Shown: positions 9,940 through 19,888 of the stretch, in pieces
Position numbering within the stretch: the stretch's first letter is position 1
Layout: each line of letters begins with the position of its first letter
Source: Candidatus Fimivivens sp.
GTDB lineage: Bacteria; Bacillota; Clostridia; Oscillospirales; Ruminococcaceae
Assembly (NCBI GenBank): GCA_047974975.1
Contig: JBKECV010000015.1
Coordinates: forward strand, 12,712 to 76,711
Direction: 5' to 3'
Length of the DNA: 64,000 nucleotides
Position numbers and translations under genes: made by a program
The notes under the pieces: generated by a model
Told to the model about the DNA's origin: nothing
What the model saw: the letters and a program-made list of their open reading frames with translations, nothing else
Databases searched by the model: none

Positions 9940-10551
9940 ATGAAGCATCCGGTTATTACCATCAGCCGCGAATTCGGCAGCGGCGGCAGACAAATAGGCG
10001 AAGAAGTTGCCGGAGCGTTGGGACTCAAATTCTACGACAAGTCGCTGATCGATCTGGTGGCGCAGAAGAGCGATTATTCGCCAGATTTTGTTGCTGAAAA
10101 CGATCAGCGAATCACCAAGAGTATGCTATTTCAAATGGCCATAAACAGCAGTGTTCCGCCCTGGTTTAATGCGGGCAAGGCGATTGTCAATCACGATACA
10201 CTTTACTCGACCCAAAGTCAGGCCATTCGTGAGTTGGCCGCACAGGGGGGATGTGTCATCGTAGGACGCTGTGCCGATTATGTTTTGCGCGATGTACCCG
10301 GGCAACTTTCGGTTTTTGTCAGCGGCCGGTTGGAGGATAAAATCAGGCGCTGTATCACCGATTATAATATTCATCCCGACGCGGCTCCGGCCGAGATCCG
10401 AGCGCGCGACCAAGATCGTGCCGAGTATTATTCCCATTATACCGGTGGCGTTTGGGGTGCGGCTAAAAATTATGATATTGCTGTCAACAGCAGCAAGTTT
10501 GGGATTAAAGATACCGTTGCGTTAATTTTGATGGCGGCCAAAAATATATAA
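9940..10551 (+). CDS. Cytidylate kinase-like family protein
   Basis: VITISREFGSGG and CVIVGRCADYVLR. RBS AAGGAG before ATG at 9940. Confidence 0.88.
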   Translation: MKHPVITISREFGSGGRQIGEEVAGALGLKFYDKSLIDLVAQKSDYSPDFVAENDQRITKSMLFQMAINSSVPPWFNAGKAIVNHDTLYSTQSQAIRELAAQGGCVIVGRCADYVLRDVPGQLSVFVSGRLEDKIRRCITDYNIHPDAAPAEIRARDQDRAEYYSHYTGGVWGAAKNYDIAVNSSKFGIKDTVALILMAAKNI

Positions 10552-10606
10552 TATTGCTATATTTTCGTGCCTCAAAGCGCTATAATAGATCGGTAGAAGG
10601 CAAAAT

Positions 10607-10636
10607 AAAAAAGAAGCGCCGACGCGCTTCTTTTTT
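10607..10636 (+). terminator. Intrinsic terminator
   Basis: AAAAAAGAAGCGC-CGAC-GCGCTTCTTTTTT. Confidence 0.7.
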
Positions 10637-10676
10637 ACTTCTTTTATTATTTATCTAAAACTTTGGAGGGATCCCT

Positions 10677-11423
10677 ATGGAAAGGTCTGCCCGATACCCC
10701 TTGCTCGATGTATTAAGGGGTTTCTCACTGTTAAGTATGATCGCCTATCATGCCACCTACGATCTTGTCGTCCTGTATGGCGTGCGGCTGTCATGGTATT
10801 TTGACACACCGGGTTATATCTGGCAACAATCGATTTGCTGGCTCTTTATTTTGCTTTCAGGTATCAGTTGGCATTTTAGCCACAATCCGCTTAAAAACGG
10901 GCTCGTCATTTCAATGTGCGGTTTGCTTATAACATTGGCAACTGCTGTATTTATGCCATCTCAGCTGGTCATTATGGGCATATTAAGCTTTATTGGCGCC
11001 GCTATTTTACTGATGATTCCGGTGAGTCGTCTGACTAAAAATGTTAACCCGCGTTTTGCAGCAATTGTTAGTTTGGTGCTGTTTTTCCTGTTTCGAAATG
11101 TCGGCCGTATCTCGCTTGGTTTTGAGCGCTTTATTCTAACACCGATACCGCAATGGTTTTATACTTTTCCGGGTGGGTTTATTTTGGGGTTTCCGTCCGC
11201 GAATTTTTATTCCAGCGATTATTTTGCACTTATACCATGGTTTTTTCTCTTTGCATTTGGCCATTTTTTGTGGCGCTGCATAGAATACAACAGCGCTGTG
11301 CAGCATGCACTATGCTTTGATCTGCCGCCATTGCGTATACTCGGGCGCAAGAGTCTCATAATATACCTGTTGCATCAACCGCTCATCATGCTGGTTTTGT
11401 CAGGGGTCATGCGTTGTCTATAA
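10677..11423 (+). CDS. DUF1624 / heparan-alpha-glucosaminide N-acetyltransferase-domain membrane protein
   Basis: LDVLRG..MIAYH..DL, SSDYFALIPW and LGRKSLIIYLLHQP. Confidence 0.8.
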   Translation: MERSARYPLLDVLRGFSLLSMIAYHATYDLVVLYGVRLSWYFDTPGYIWQQSICWLFILLSGISWHFSHNPLKNGLVISMCGLLITLATAVFMPSQLVIMGILSFIGAAILLMIPVSRLTKNVNPRFAAIVSLVLFFLFRNVGRISLGFERFILTPIPQWFYTFPGGFILGFPSANFYSSDYFALIPWFFLFAFGHFLWRCIEYNSAVQHALCFDLPPLRILGRKSLIIYLLHQPLIMLVLSGVMRCL

Positions 11424-11554
11424 TTCAATGACCGACTCAGTGCGGCTTGCGATTTGATTCGTCATTGATTTAGTAAGGGGTTTAAGCTATAATCGGAATA
11501 TATATCTTTTTGCAATAAACACGTGGTCTGATGGCCCGATTGGAGATTTAGTAC

Positions 11555-12952
11555 ATGATGAAGATTGTGGTGGTTGGTGACGGCAAGGTGGGGCATACCC
11601 TGACCAGAATTTTATCCGGTGAGGGGCACGACGTAACCATTATCGATAATAACCTGGATACGCTGCAAAATACACAGGAGGACCTCGATGTTGCAGTTGT
11701 TGAAGGTAACGGGGCCCTTGTCGATGTGCAGATGGCGGCCGGCGTACAACATAGCGACCTTTTTATCGCGGCGACCTCCAGTGATGAAATCAATCTGTTT
11801 TGCTGTTTTGTAGCCAAAAAGCTTGGTTGCAAAAATACGGTGGCGCGGGTGCGTAACCCCGAATATGACCAACAATTGGATTTTTTAAAGGATGATTTGG
11901 GGTTGTCTTTTTCAATTAACCCTGAAAAAGCGGCCGCCAAAGAGATATTCAGTTTGTTACAGTTCCCCTCATTTTTAAAGCGCGACTCCTTTGCCAGGGG
12001 GTTGGTGGAACTGGTCGAGATGCGCTTAAAACCGAATAACATCTTGGTAGGGCGCAGGCTGGATAGCATGTCGGACATCTGGAATATGAATGCATTGATT
12101 TGCGCCGTTGAACGTGACAATGAAGTCTATATCCCATCCGGCAGCTTCTGTTTGCAGGCCGAGGATAAGATCACTGTTGCGGCCGAAACGGCGCAGCTTG
12201 TTGAACTGATCAATACTTTAAAGGTTGGCCATAAAAAAATAAGACAAGTCATGATTATCGGGGGCAGCCGAATTGCAGCCTATCTAGCGGCCGGACTCAT
12301 CAAAGCCCATGTAAATGTGCGTATAATCGAAGTTAAAAAAGAGCGCTGCAAGGAGCTTTCAGAGCAACTGCCCAAGGCGCTGATTATTCATGGAAACGGC
12401 GCAGAAGAAACGGTGCTGTATGCTGAAGGCATACGCGAAATGGATGCCGTCGTAACATTGACCGGTATTGACGAGGAAAATCTGGTTACTTCCATGCTTG
12501 CCAACCATATTGGTGTGCACAAAACCATCACAAAGATGAATCGACTGGAGTTTATCGAGTCGTTTTCGAATATCGGTATCGATACCATCGTTCGGCCCAA
12601 GCTGTTGACAGCCAATGAAATAGTCCGCTATGTACGTGCGGTTGGCGCGACCGAGGGCGGTAGCGTCGATACGCTCTACCGCCTTGCGGATGGCAGGGCG
12701 GAGGCGCTTGGCTTTGCTGTGCCGGAAAAGGCCGGCTATCTGGGGATTTCCCTTGCCCAATTACAGCTTAAACCCAGTACGCTGATCACCAGTATTATTC
12801 GCGCCAACCATGTAATCATACCCAACGGTACCGCCTGCCTTGAGGCTGGGGATAATATTGTCGTGGTTATGCGGGCACAGCCTGTAGCAGTTTCGAGCCT
12901 GAATGATATTTTTGCCGTGCCATATGGAAACGTGGCAAATGATATAAAGTGA
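11555..12952 (+). CDS. trkA: Trk potassium uptake regulatory subunit
   Basis: Two RCK domains with GDGKVG and GGSRIA nucleotide-binding loops, plus ARVRNPEY. Confidence 0.93.
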   Translation: MMKIVVVGDGKVGHTLTRILSGEGHDVTIIDNNLDTLQNTQEDLDVAVVEGNGALVDVQMAAGVQHSDLFIAATSSDEINLFCCFVAKKLGCKNTVARVRNPEYDQQLDFLKDDLGLSFSINPEKAAAKEIFSLLQFPSFLKRDSFARGLVELVEMRLKPNNILVGRRLDSMSDIWNMNALICAVERDNEVYIPSGSFCLQAEDKITVAAETAQLVELINTLKVGHKKIRQVMIIGGSRIAAYLAAGLIKAHVNVRIIEVKKERCKELSEQLPKALIIHGNGAEETVLYAEGIREMDAVVTLTGIDEENLVTSMLANHIGVHKTITKMNRLEFIESFSNIGIDTIVRPKLLTANEIVRYVRAVGATEGGSVDTLYRLADGRAEALGFAVPEKAGYLGISLAQLQLKPSTLITSIIRANHVIIPNGTACLEAGDNIVVVMRAQPVAVSSLNDIFAVPYGNVANDIK

Positions 12953-12963
12953 GGACTTAACGG

Positions 12964-14412
12964 ATGAATTTGCGCGCTATAACCGTTTACATAGGGCATA
13001 TTTTGAAGCTTGAGGGCCTTTTTATGATCCCTGCGCTGGTGATCGCCTTTGGCTACGGTGAAAAAAACGTTATCCATGCGTTCGTTGTAACGATCGTCCT
13101 GTTGTTGTTGTTGAGTTTGATCATGACACGAATTTCGGTTAACATTAAAAGCATTTATGCTCGAGAAGGATTTGTGACGGTTGCGCTCGGTTGGATTGCC
13201 ATCTCTTTTTTTGGTGCTTTGCCGTTCTTTATCAGTGGGGCCATTCCCAACTTTATGGATTGCTGGTTTGAGACGGTATCGGGTTTTACCACGACGGGTG
13301 CCAGCATTCTTAACGAAATAGAGTCATTGCCCAAAGGCATTTTATACTGGCGCAGCTTTACCAACTGGTTGGGTGGCATGGGCGTGCTGGTGTTTATGCT
13401 GGCGGTGGTGCCGCACAGTCAGGGCAGCGGCCAAATGCTGCATCTGTTTCGCGCCGAAAGTCCCGGCCCGACGGTGGGCAAGCTTTCCCCAACCATCCGC
13501 GTCACCACGCGTATTCTTTATGGCATTTATATCGCATTGACCATTATTGAAATTATTTTACTATTGGCAGGGGGAATGCCTTTATTCGATGCATTGACCC
13601 ATGCCTTTGCCACAGCCGGAACCGGTGGCTTTTCAATTATGAACAGCAGCATCGCGGCCTATGATAGCGCCTATATCCAAGCGGTTATCGGCATTTTTAT
13701 GGTGCTGTTTGGGGTGAATTTCAGTGTTTTTTATCTGTTGCTTATCGGTAAAGTCGGACTCGCATTTAAAAATGAGGAGTTGCGCGCCTATTTAGGGATC
13801 ATAGCGTTAGCGGTCGTGATCATCGCTGTCAATATACGGACGATGTATGTCGGATTTGACGAGGCTTTTTTGGATTCATTTTTTCAGGTTTCCTCCATTA
13901 TTACAACCACCGGATTTGCTACGGCAGACTTCAATCTTTGGCCGCAGCTTTCACGTTATATTTTGGTCGGCCTTATGATCATTGGTGCGTCGGCGGGTTC
14001 AACCGGTGGCGGCATCAAGGTGATGCGCCTGCTGATTATGGGCAAATCGGTCAAAAGTGAGATTCTCACACTGGCCCATCCCCGTGCCGTTCGCCCACCG
14101 CGAATGGATGGCAAAAAAATAGAGGAAGGTGTCGTGCGGGCAACTTATGCGTTTATGACGGTGTACGGACTCATCTGTGTGGTGTCGATGGGCATCATAG
14201 CACTGGACAATTTTAGCATGGAAACGACTGTTACATCGGTAATAGCCTGCCTTAATAATATTGGACCGGGTTTGGATGTTGTTGGCCCGATGGGCAACTA
14301 CTCGAGTTTATCAATGCTTTCCAAAGCGGTGCTTACGCTTAATATGCTCTTTGGAAGACTGGAAATTTTTCCGTTGATTATGCTTTTTTCAAAAGAGAAC
14401 TGGAAACATTAA
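12964..14412 (+). CDS. trkH: Trk potassium uptake membrane subunit
   Basis: Pore motifs SGFTTTGA, TGGFS, TTTGF, GSTGGGIK, NNIGPG and GRLEIFP. Confidence 0.95.
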   Translation: MNLRAITVYIGHILKLEGLFMIPALVIAFGYGEKNVIHAFVVTIVLLLLLSLIMTRISVNIKSIYAREGFVTVALGWIAISFFGALPFFISGAIPNFMDCWFETVSGFTTTGASILNEIESLPKGILYWRSFTNWLGGMGVLVFMLAVVPHSQGSGQMLHLFRAESPGPTVGKLSPTIRVTTRILYGIYIALTIIEIILLLAGGMPLFDALTHAFATAGTGGFSIMNSSIAAYDSAYIQAVIGIFMVLFGVNFSVFYLLLIGKVGLAFKNEELRAYLGIIALAVVIIAVNIRTMYVGFDEAFLDSFFQVSSIITTTGFATADFNLWPQLSRYILVGLMIIGASAGSTGGGIKVMRLLIMGKSVKSEILTLAHPRAVRPPRMDGKKIEEGVVRATYAFMTVYGLICVVSMGIIALDNFSMETTVTSVIACLNNIGPGLDVVGPMGNYSSLSMLSKAVLTLNMLFGRLEIFPLIMLFSKENWKH

Positions 14413-14460
14413 ATCTGCGCTTGTTGTGCGATGACACCATATTATTAAAAGGAGGAACCT

Positions 14461-15363
14461 ATGTTGACCTTGCAACAGCTAAAGTATTTTTGTGTGATGG
14501 CAGAAACGCTTCACTATACCGAAGCGGCTCAGAAATTATATATTTCGCAGTCTAGCCTCAGCTATGCACTCTCAAAGCTGGAAGAGGAGTTGAATGCGCC
14601 ATTGTTCGAAAAGCGAGGTAAACAGACGATTCTTTCAAAGTATGGGCAAAGCTTTCTGCCATATGCAACGCAGGCATTGGACGCCGTCGACGCTGGGGTG
14701 CGGCATGTTTCGCAGATGCTGCAATTCAGTTCGGTCATAAATTTGGGGTATATCTATTCCTTGAGTTTTAATTACCTGCCTAAGGTCATCAAGGGATTTA
14801 GAACCCAGCCGGGCAACAGCGCTGTGTCTTTTAAATTTTTTCAGGGTTTAAGTTCGATTATTTTGCAAAAGCTCAAACGCGGAGAGTTGGATTTGGCACT
14901 TTCGGTGGAGCCAAGCGATGATGCGACTATCAGTGCGATGCCGGTGCACCTTCAAAAACTGTATCTTGTTGTGCCTAATAACCATCCGTTTGCCGGCTAT
15001 AAAAGTGTATCGGTTGACAACATGCGGGACGAAACATTCGTGGGCATAACGCCGAACAGTGGTCTCTACAAACACCTTAACAGCATTTTTGAGTCACTTG
15101 GGTTCACATGCAAGACAGCGTTTGAAGCGGAAGAATGTAACGCGATGGCCTCGTTTGTCAGCGCGGGTTTTGGTGTGGCGGTTATGCCGGAAATTCCGTC
15201 GTTTCAATCCTATCGCATTAAAGCAATACCGATTGACGATGCGCGTTTTTGTCGTCAGATTTATTTATTGTGGGTCAAGGACCATTTTTCTGCCCCTGCC
15301 ATTGAACATTTTAAGCGTTTTATCTGCGACTCCTTACCCGAAGCGGACAGCGTATATGTATAA
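14461..15363 (+). CDS. LysR-family transcriptional regulator
   Basis: HYTEAAQKLYISQSSLSYALSKLEEEL..LFEKRGK helix-turn-helix; 300 aa. Confidence 0.95.
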   Translation: MLTLQQLKYFCVMAETLHYTEAAQKLYISQSSLSYALSKLEEELNAPLFEKRGKQTILSKYGQSFLPYATQALDAVDAGVRHVSQMLQFSSVINLGYIYSLSFNYLPKVIKGFRTQPGNSAVSFKFFQGLSSIILQKLKRGELDLALSVEPSDDATISAMPVHLQKLYLVVPNNHPFAGYKSVSVDNMRDETFVGITPNSGLYKHLNSIFESLGFTCKTAFEAEECNAMASFVSAGFGVAVMPEIPSFQSYRIKAIPIDDARFCRQIYLLWVKDHFSAPAIEHFKRFICDSLPEADSVYV

Positions 15364-15453
15364 ATATCTAGATTTATGACTGTATTTTCATGCATTATCA
15401 CTTAATAAAGCAGCAGAATTCGGGGGGATTTAACTGTCAAAATAGATAAAATT

Positions 15454-15549
15454 TAATCGAAATAACAGACAATTAGTTCAACTAATCGAAATATCCGATT
15501 TAATAATCGAATTTCGGTGTTGGACTTTTTTTTGTATCCTTTGGATAAT
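15454..15549 (+). promoter_or_regulatory. LysR-type operator plus sigma-A-like promoter of the catabolic operon
   Basis: ATCG-N7-CGAT (T-N11-A) at 15485-15499. TAATCGAA at 15454, 15483 and 15504. TGGACT-17-GATAAT at 15521-15549. Confidence 0.6.
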
Positions 15550-15606
15550 ATACGCAGGCGGTCGACGTAAAAGAAATATGCAGTCTGCAAAAAGGAGTTG
15601 GATTTT

Positions 15607-16521
15607 ATGAATCTGCCAAAATCGATAACCGTGTGTGAAGTCGGTCTGCGTGATGGCCTGCAAAATGAAAAAGCGGTACTCAAAGCGCAACAGAAATTAG
15701 TGTTGCTGGATAAAATTCAGGACGCAGGCGTTTCGCTTATTGAAATTGGTAGTATGGTCAGCCCGAAGTTTGTTCCACAAATGGCAGATACCGGGGAAGT
15801 ATATCAAAATCTGGAGAAAAGGCCCGAAACAGAATATCGCGTGCTCGTATTAAATCAAAAAGGATTAGAGCGCGCAGTGGAAGCAGGAATAAAAAAGGTG
15901 AAGATTACGCTGTCAGTCAGCGAAGCACACCAAAGAGCAAATGCGAATTCCACGCCGTTTGAGATGTTCGAACAATTTGCCCCTATGGCGGAATATGCCG
16001 CCGCCCATGGCGTAATGCTTTCCGGTGCGATGGCGACGTCTTTCGGATGCCCATTTGAAGGTCAGATTCCGCTTGAGCGCATCAAGGCGATTGCCGCAGA
16101 ATTCAGAAAAATTGGCATCACGGAACTCTCTATGTCGGACACAACCGGCATGGCCAATCCGGCATTGGTCCACCGACAGTGTACTGAAATGCAGTCAGCT
16201 TTTCCCGAAGTGATGTGGAATCTGCATTTTCACAATACGCGCGGAATGGGACTGGCAAACGTGCTGGCCGGTATGCAAGTGGGGATAACCCGTTTTGACG
16301 CAAGTTTGGGCGGTTTGGGCGGTTGCCCATTTGCCCCCGGCGCCACCGGGAATATTGCAACCGAAGATCTGCTGCATATGTGTGACGAGATGGGAATTGA
16401 AACCGGAGTTGATCTAGACAAGATGATTCTGGCTGCGCGCGAATTGCAGGATATGGTGGGGCACTCACTGGCCGGCGCCATCTTAAAGGCCGGCAAAGTA
16501 TCCGACCTCTATAAGTTTTAA
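15607..16521 (+). CDS. Hydroxymethylglutaryl-CoA lyase family protein (DRE-TIM metallolyase)
   Basis: EVGLRDGLQNE, HFHNTRG and GGCPFAPGATGN. RBS AAGGAG before ATG at 15607. Confidence 0.9.
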   Translation: MNLPKSITVCEVGLRDGLQNEKAVLKAQQKLVLLDKIQDAGVSLIEIGSMVSPKFVPQMADTGEVYQNLEKRPETEYRVLVLNQKGLERAVEAGIKKVKITLSVSEAHQRANANSTPFEMFEQFAPMAEYAAAHGVMLSGAMATSFGCPFEGQIPLERIKAIAAEFRKIGITELSMSDTTGMANPALVHRQCTEMQSAFPEVMWNLHFHNTRGMGLANVLAGMQVGITRFDASLGGLGGCPFAPGATGNIATEDLLHMCDEMGIETGVDLDKMILAARELQDMVGHSLAGAILKAGKVSDLYKF

Positions 16522-16590
16522 ATAATACTGTGAACCGCTGGTGTTTTCTACCCCAATTAAATTTTTAAAAGTGAAAGGACGATTTTTACT

Positions 16591-18006
16591 ATGGCAAGCA
16601 AAGAACTTACGCCGGATCAGTTTAAAGAATTTGACGAGATATTTGAGCGCGCACAAAAAGCGGCCGCCATCATCGCAACATATGATCAGGCGCGTGTCGA
16701 TCACCTCTGCCGCGCCGTCGGCTGGGCCATTACCAATCTTAAAACATGGGAACCGCTCTGCTATGAGGTTGTCGAAGAAACCGGCCTTGGAGATCCGATT
16801 TCTAAGATCGGCAAGCGCAACAAGGTGCGCGGTATGTTGCGTGATGCTCTGCGCGGAAAGAGCGTTGGCGTTATCGAGGAGATTCCGGAGAAAGGCCTTG
16901 TTAAATATGCAAAACCCATCGGCATTATCGCGTCACTGGTTCCCACCACCAATCCGACATCCACGCCGGCCGGGCAATCGATGTATGCGATCAAGGCGCG
17001 TGACGCCATCATCTTTTCGCCCCATCCCCGTGCAAAGCAGTGCACCGCCAAGTGCGTCCAGATCATGCGTGAGGCGCTTGTCCGCGAAGGCGCACCTGCC
17101 GACATTCTTCAGGTTATTGAAGAGCCGAGCTTGGCCAAGACCGATGAGCTGATGAAACGCGCAGATCTGATCATTGCCACCGGCGGACGTCCCATGGTTA
17201 AGGCCGCTTATTCCTCCGGCACGCCGGCCTTTGGCTCGGGTGCAGGAAACTCCACGATGATTTATGACGAGACTGCCGATCCTAAAGAGGCTGCTAAAAA
17301 TACTCGAATTTCAAAGACTTCAGACTTTGGATCCGGCTGTTCCTGCGATGGAAACCTGATTATACATGCGTCCATTTTCGACGCAACGGTTGAGGCGCTC
17401 AAGGCCGAGGGAGCATATTTTGCCAATGAGGAAGAAAAAGAGCTGATTAAGCGCGTCATGTGGGATGAAAATGGTCACAGGTTGCCTGAGACCGTTGCAA
17501 TTCCTCCTCAGAAACTCGCTGAGAAAGCTGGATTTAGTATTGGGCCGATGTATAAGTTTATTGCAGTCATAGGCGACGGCATTGGCAAGGAGCATTTTTT
17601 CTCCGGCGAGAAACTCACCACATTACTTGCGCTGTTTAAGTATGACGGTGCGTTTGAAAATGCGCTCGATATGATGCGCGCCATCTACGAAGTGGGCGGC
17701 AAGGGCCATTCCTGCGGTATCTACTCGTTTAATCAAGATCACATCCACCGGCTTGGCTTGGCAGCACCTGTTTCCAGAATTATGGTTCGTCAGCCGCAGA
17801 ACAAGGCGAATGCCGGTGCGTACACCAACGGTATGCCGATGACCAACTCGATGGGCTGCGGTACTTGGGGCGGTAATATTATCTCTGAGAATATTGCACT
17901 GCGTCAGTACATGAACGTGACTTGGGTATCTGTGCCGATTCCGGAAGATAAACCCAGCGATGCGTGGCTGTTCGGCGAATTCTACGATCCGCAGATGGAC
18001 GCATAA
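16591..18006 (+). CDS. CoA-acylating aldehyde dehydrogenase (AdhE-N/EutE/SauS-like family)
   Basis: PTTNPTST, SPHPRA, ATGGRPMVKAAYSSGTPA, catalytic-region GCSC, SGEKL and MGCGTWGGNIISENI. Confidence 0.9.
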   Translation: MASKELTPDQFKEFDEIFERAQKAAAIIATYDQARVDHLCRAVGWAITNLKTWEPLCYEVVEETGLGDPISKIGKRNKVRGMLRDALRGKSVGVIEEIPEKGLVKYAKPIGIIASLVPTTNPTSTPAGQSMYAIKARDAIIFSPHPRAKQCTAKCVQIMREALVREGAPADILQVIEEPSLAKTDELMKRADLIIATGGRPMVKAAYSSGTPAFGSGAGNSTMIYDETADPKEAAKNTRISKTSDFGSGCSCDGNLIIHASIFDATVEALKAEGAYFANEEEKELIKRVMWDENGHRLPETVAIPPQKLAEKAGFSIGPMYKFIAVIGDGIGKEHFFSGEKLTTLLALFKYDGAFENALDMMRAIYEVGGKGHSCGIYSFNQDHIHRLGLAAPVSRIMVRQPQNKANAGAYTNGMPMTNSMGCGTWGGNIISENIALRQYMNVTWVSVPIPEDKPSDAWLFGEFYDPQMDA

Positions 18007-18064
18007 AGCTTTGCATCCTATGCTGTTGGATCATGCATTGATTAGAAAGGAGCGCAAATAAAAT

Positions 18065-19888
18065 ATGAAAAAATTGCTTTCATATCAAATAGTGGATTAC
18101 TTGGAGCGCCGTGGTGTTGCGCATGTTTTTGGCCTTTGTGGCCATACCGTTATTGCCATGTTGGATGCGCTTGAGAAGAGCAAAAAAATTAAATACATTT
18201 CCAATCGTCACGAGCAGGTCGCATCCACTGCGGCCGACGGCTATGCGCGTATCACACATAAGGCGAGTGTGGTCATGTGCCATCTTGGCCCCGGCATGAC
18301 CAACGCCCTTACCGGCGTTGCGAATGCAGCGTTCGACTCCATCCCCATGGTCGTGATTGCAGGTGATGCACCCAGCTATTATTACGGTCGTCACCCGCAT
18401 CAGGAAGTGAATCTGCACTGCGATGGCTCACAGTACGATATTTATAAGCCCATTGTCAAGCGCGCATGGCGTATAGACGACCCGGAGGCGATGCCGGTCA
18501 TTCTTGATAAGGCGTTTCGCCTTGCTGAAAGCGGCAGACCCGGCCCGGTACTCATATCGGTTCCGATGGATATGTTCTCCCGCGAGGTTGATACCGATTT
18601 GTTTGAGCGCACCTATCTCGATAGCGACCTCACGATTCGACCCGCACTTGCGCCTGACGCCGCCAAGGCGATTGCCAAACGTCTGGTTGAAGCTAAAAAT
18701 CCCGTGCTGCATGCAGGTGGTGGTATTTTGCTGGCGCAAGCTTCTGAAGATTTGGCGGCACTGGCTGAATTTTTGGACATACCTGTCTCGCGTACCCTGA
18801 TGGGGCAGGGGTGCATCTCGGACAAACATCCACTGATGATTGGGCAGACAGGCTTTTGGGGTATGGCGTTCACCCATGAACTCACTGCGAATGCCGATGT
18901 AATTCTCGGACTTGGTACCCGCTTTGCGGAAGCGGACAGCTCCAGTTGGTATCCGGGTGTGACCTTCGATATGGCAAAGACCAAATTTTTGCAAATTGAT
19001 ATCGACCCAACCGAAATTGGTCGAAACTATCCCGTTGAAATCGGTGCGGTAGCCGACCTTAAATACGCGTTGCAGCAGATTCTTCAGGAAACTAAGAAGC
19101 TTTGCCCCAACGGCATCGCGCGTCCTGAACTGCGCGAAAAAATTGCCGAAGAGAAAGCGGCCTTTAAGGCTTCTAATGCTGAGATCAGCCATGATAGCCG
19201 TTTTCCAATGACGCCTCAGCGCATTCTCAAGGATGTTAGAGAGCAGCTTCCTGTCGATTCACTTATTTTCACCGATGTGGGTTGGAACAAGAATGGTGTC
19301 GCACAGCAGTTTGACATTGAAGTTCCCGGCAGTATCCACCATCCGTCCGGTCTTGCAACGATGGGATTCGGCTCGGCCGCCATCTTAGGCGCCAAGCTGG
19401 CAGCACCTGAAAAGGTGGTGATCACACTGATCGGTGACGGCGGTTTTGGCACCAACCCCTCGGTGATTGCCACTGCGGTTGAACAAAACATCTCCGTTAT
19501 CTGGGTTGTGATGAATAATGCGGCGTTTGGGACCATCGCCGGCCTTGAGTATGGCAACTACGGCACCAAATTTGGGACCATATTTAAAACGCCCGACGGT
19601 GAAAGCTATAGCCCCAATTGGGCAGAGATTGCCAAGGGTTACGGCATTGAGGCGGTCAAAATCGATTCCGCCGACGCCTTTGCACCCGCCCTGAAAAAAG
19701 CGATTGAAGCCAATAGGCCTTATTTATTGGATGTACCGATGCAGAACATTCCGGTGCCCACCCCGGGTTGCTGGAACATCAACGATGTTTATTCTCCCGA
19801 TGGTCGTGTCGTCAACGGTAAGGTTATTCGCAATGCCCAAGGCGTGTACGAGCCGCCCGAGCATGCTGCCTCTCATAAAACGAATTAA
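18065..19888 (+). CDS. Thiamine diphosphate-dependent enzyme (AHAS/IolD/CDH superfamily), substrate unknown
   Basis: FGLCGHT, RHEQ (activating Glu), GPGMTN, SGRPGPV and the GDGGF...NN ThDP motif. No AHAS small subunit nearby. Confidence 0.88.
   Translation: MKKLLSYQIVDYLERRGVAHVFGLCGHTVIAMLDALEKSKKIKYISNRHEQVASTAADGYARITHKASVVMCHLGPGMTNALTGVANAAFDSIPMVVIAGDAPSYYYGRHPHQEVNLHCDGSQYDIYKPIVKRAWRIDDPEAMPVILDKAFRLAESGRPGPVLISVPMDMFSREVDTDLFERTYLDSDLTIRPALAPDAAKAIAKRLVEAKNPVLHAGGGILLAQASEDLAALAEFLDIPVSRTLMGQGCISDKHPLMIGQTGFWGMAFTHELTANADVILGLGTRFAEADSSSWYPGVTFDMAKTKFLQIDIDPTEIGRNYPVEIGAVADLKYALQQILQETKKLCPNGIARPELREKIAEEKAAFKASNAEISHDSRFPMTPQRILKDVREQLPVDSLIFTDVGWNKNGVAQQFDIEVPGSIHHPSGLATMGFGSAAILGAKLAAPEKVVITLIGDGGFGTNPSVIATAVEQNISVIWVVMNNAAFGTIAGLEYGNYGTKFGTIFKTPDGESYSPNWAEIAKGYGIEAVKIDSADAFAPALKKAIEANRPYLLDVPMQNIPVPTPGCWNINDVYSPDGRVVNGKVIRNAQGVYEPPEHAASHKTN

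Noticed and set aside
11424..11554. c-di-AMP riboswitch upstream of trkA
   Set aside because: Only one terminator-like hairpin; I see no ydaO-type conserved motifs and there is little room.
16541..17152. 203-aa alternative-frame ORF
   Set aside because: Overlaps the ALDH gene out of frame; Arg/Ser-rich composition is typical of spurious frames.
16591..19888. Taurine/sulfoacetaldehyde pathway (SauS-like ALDH plus Xsc-like ThDP enzyme)
   Set aside because: No taurine aminotransferase, pta or sulfite exporter in the cluster, and it would leave the shikimate-type dehydrogenase, TIM barrel and lyase unexplained. Disfavoured rather than formally excluded.
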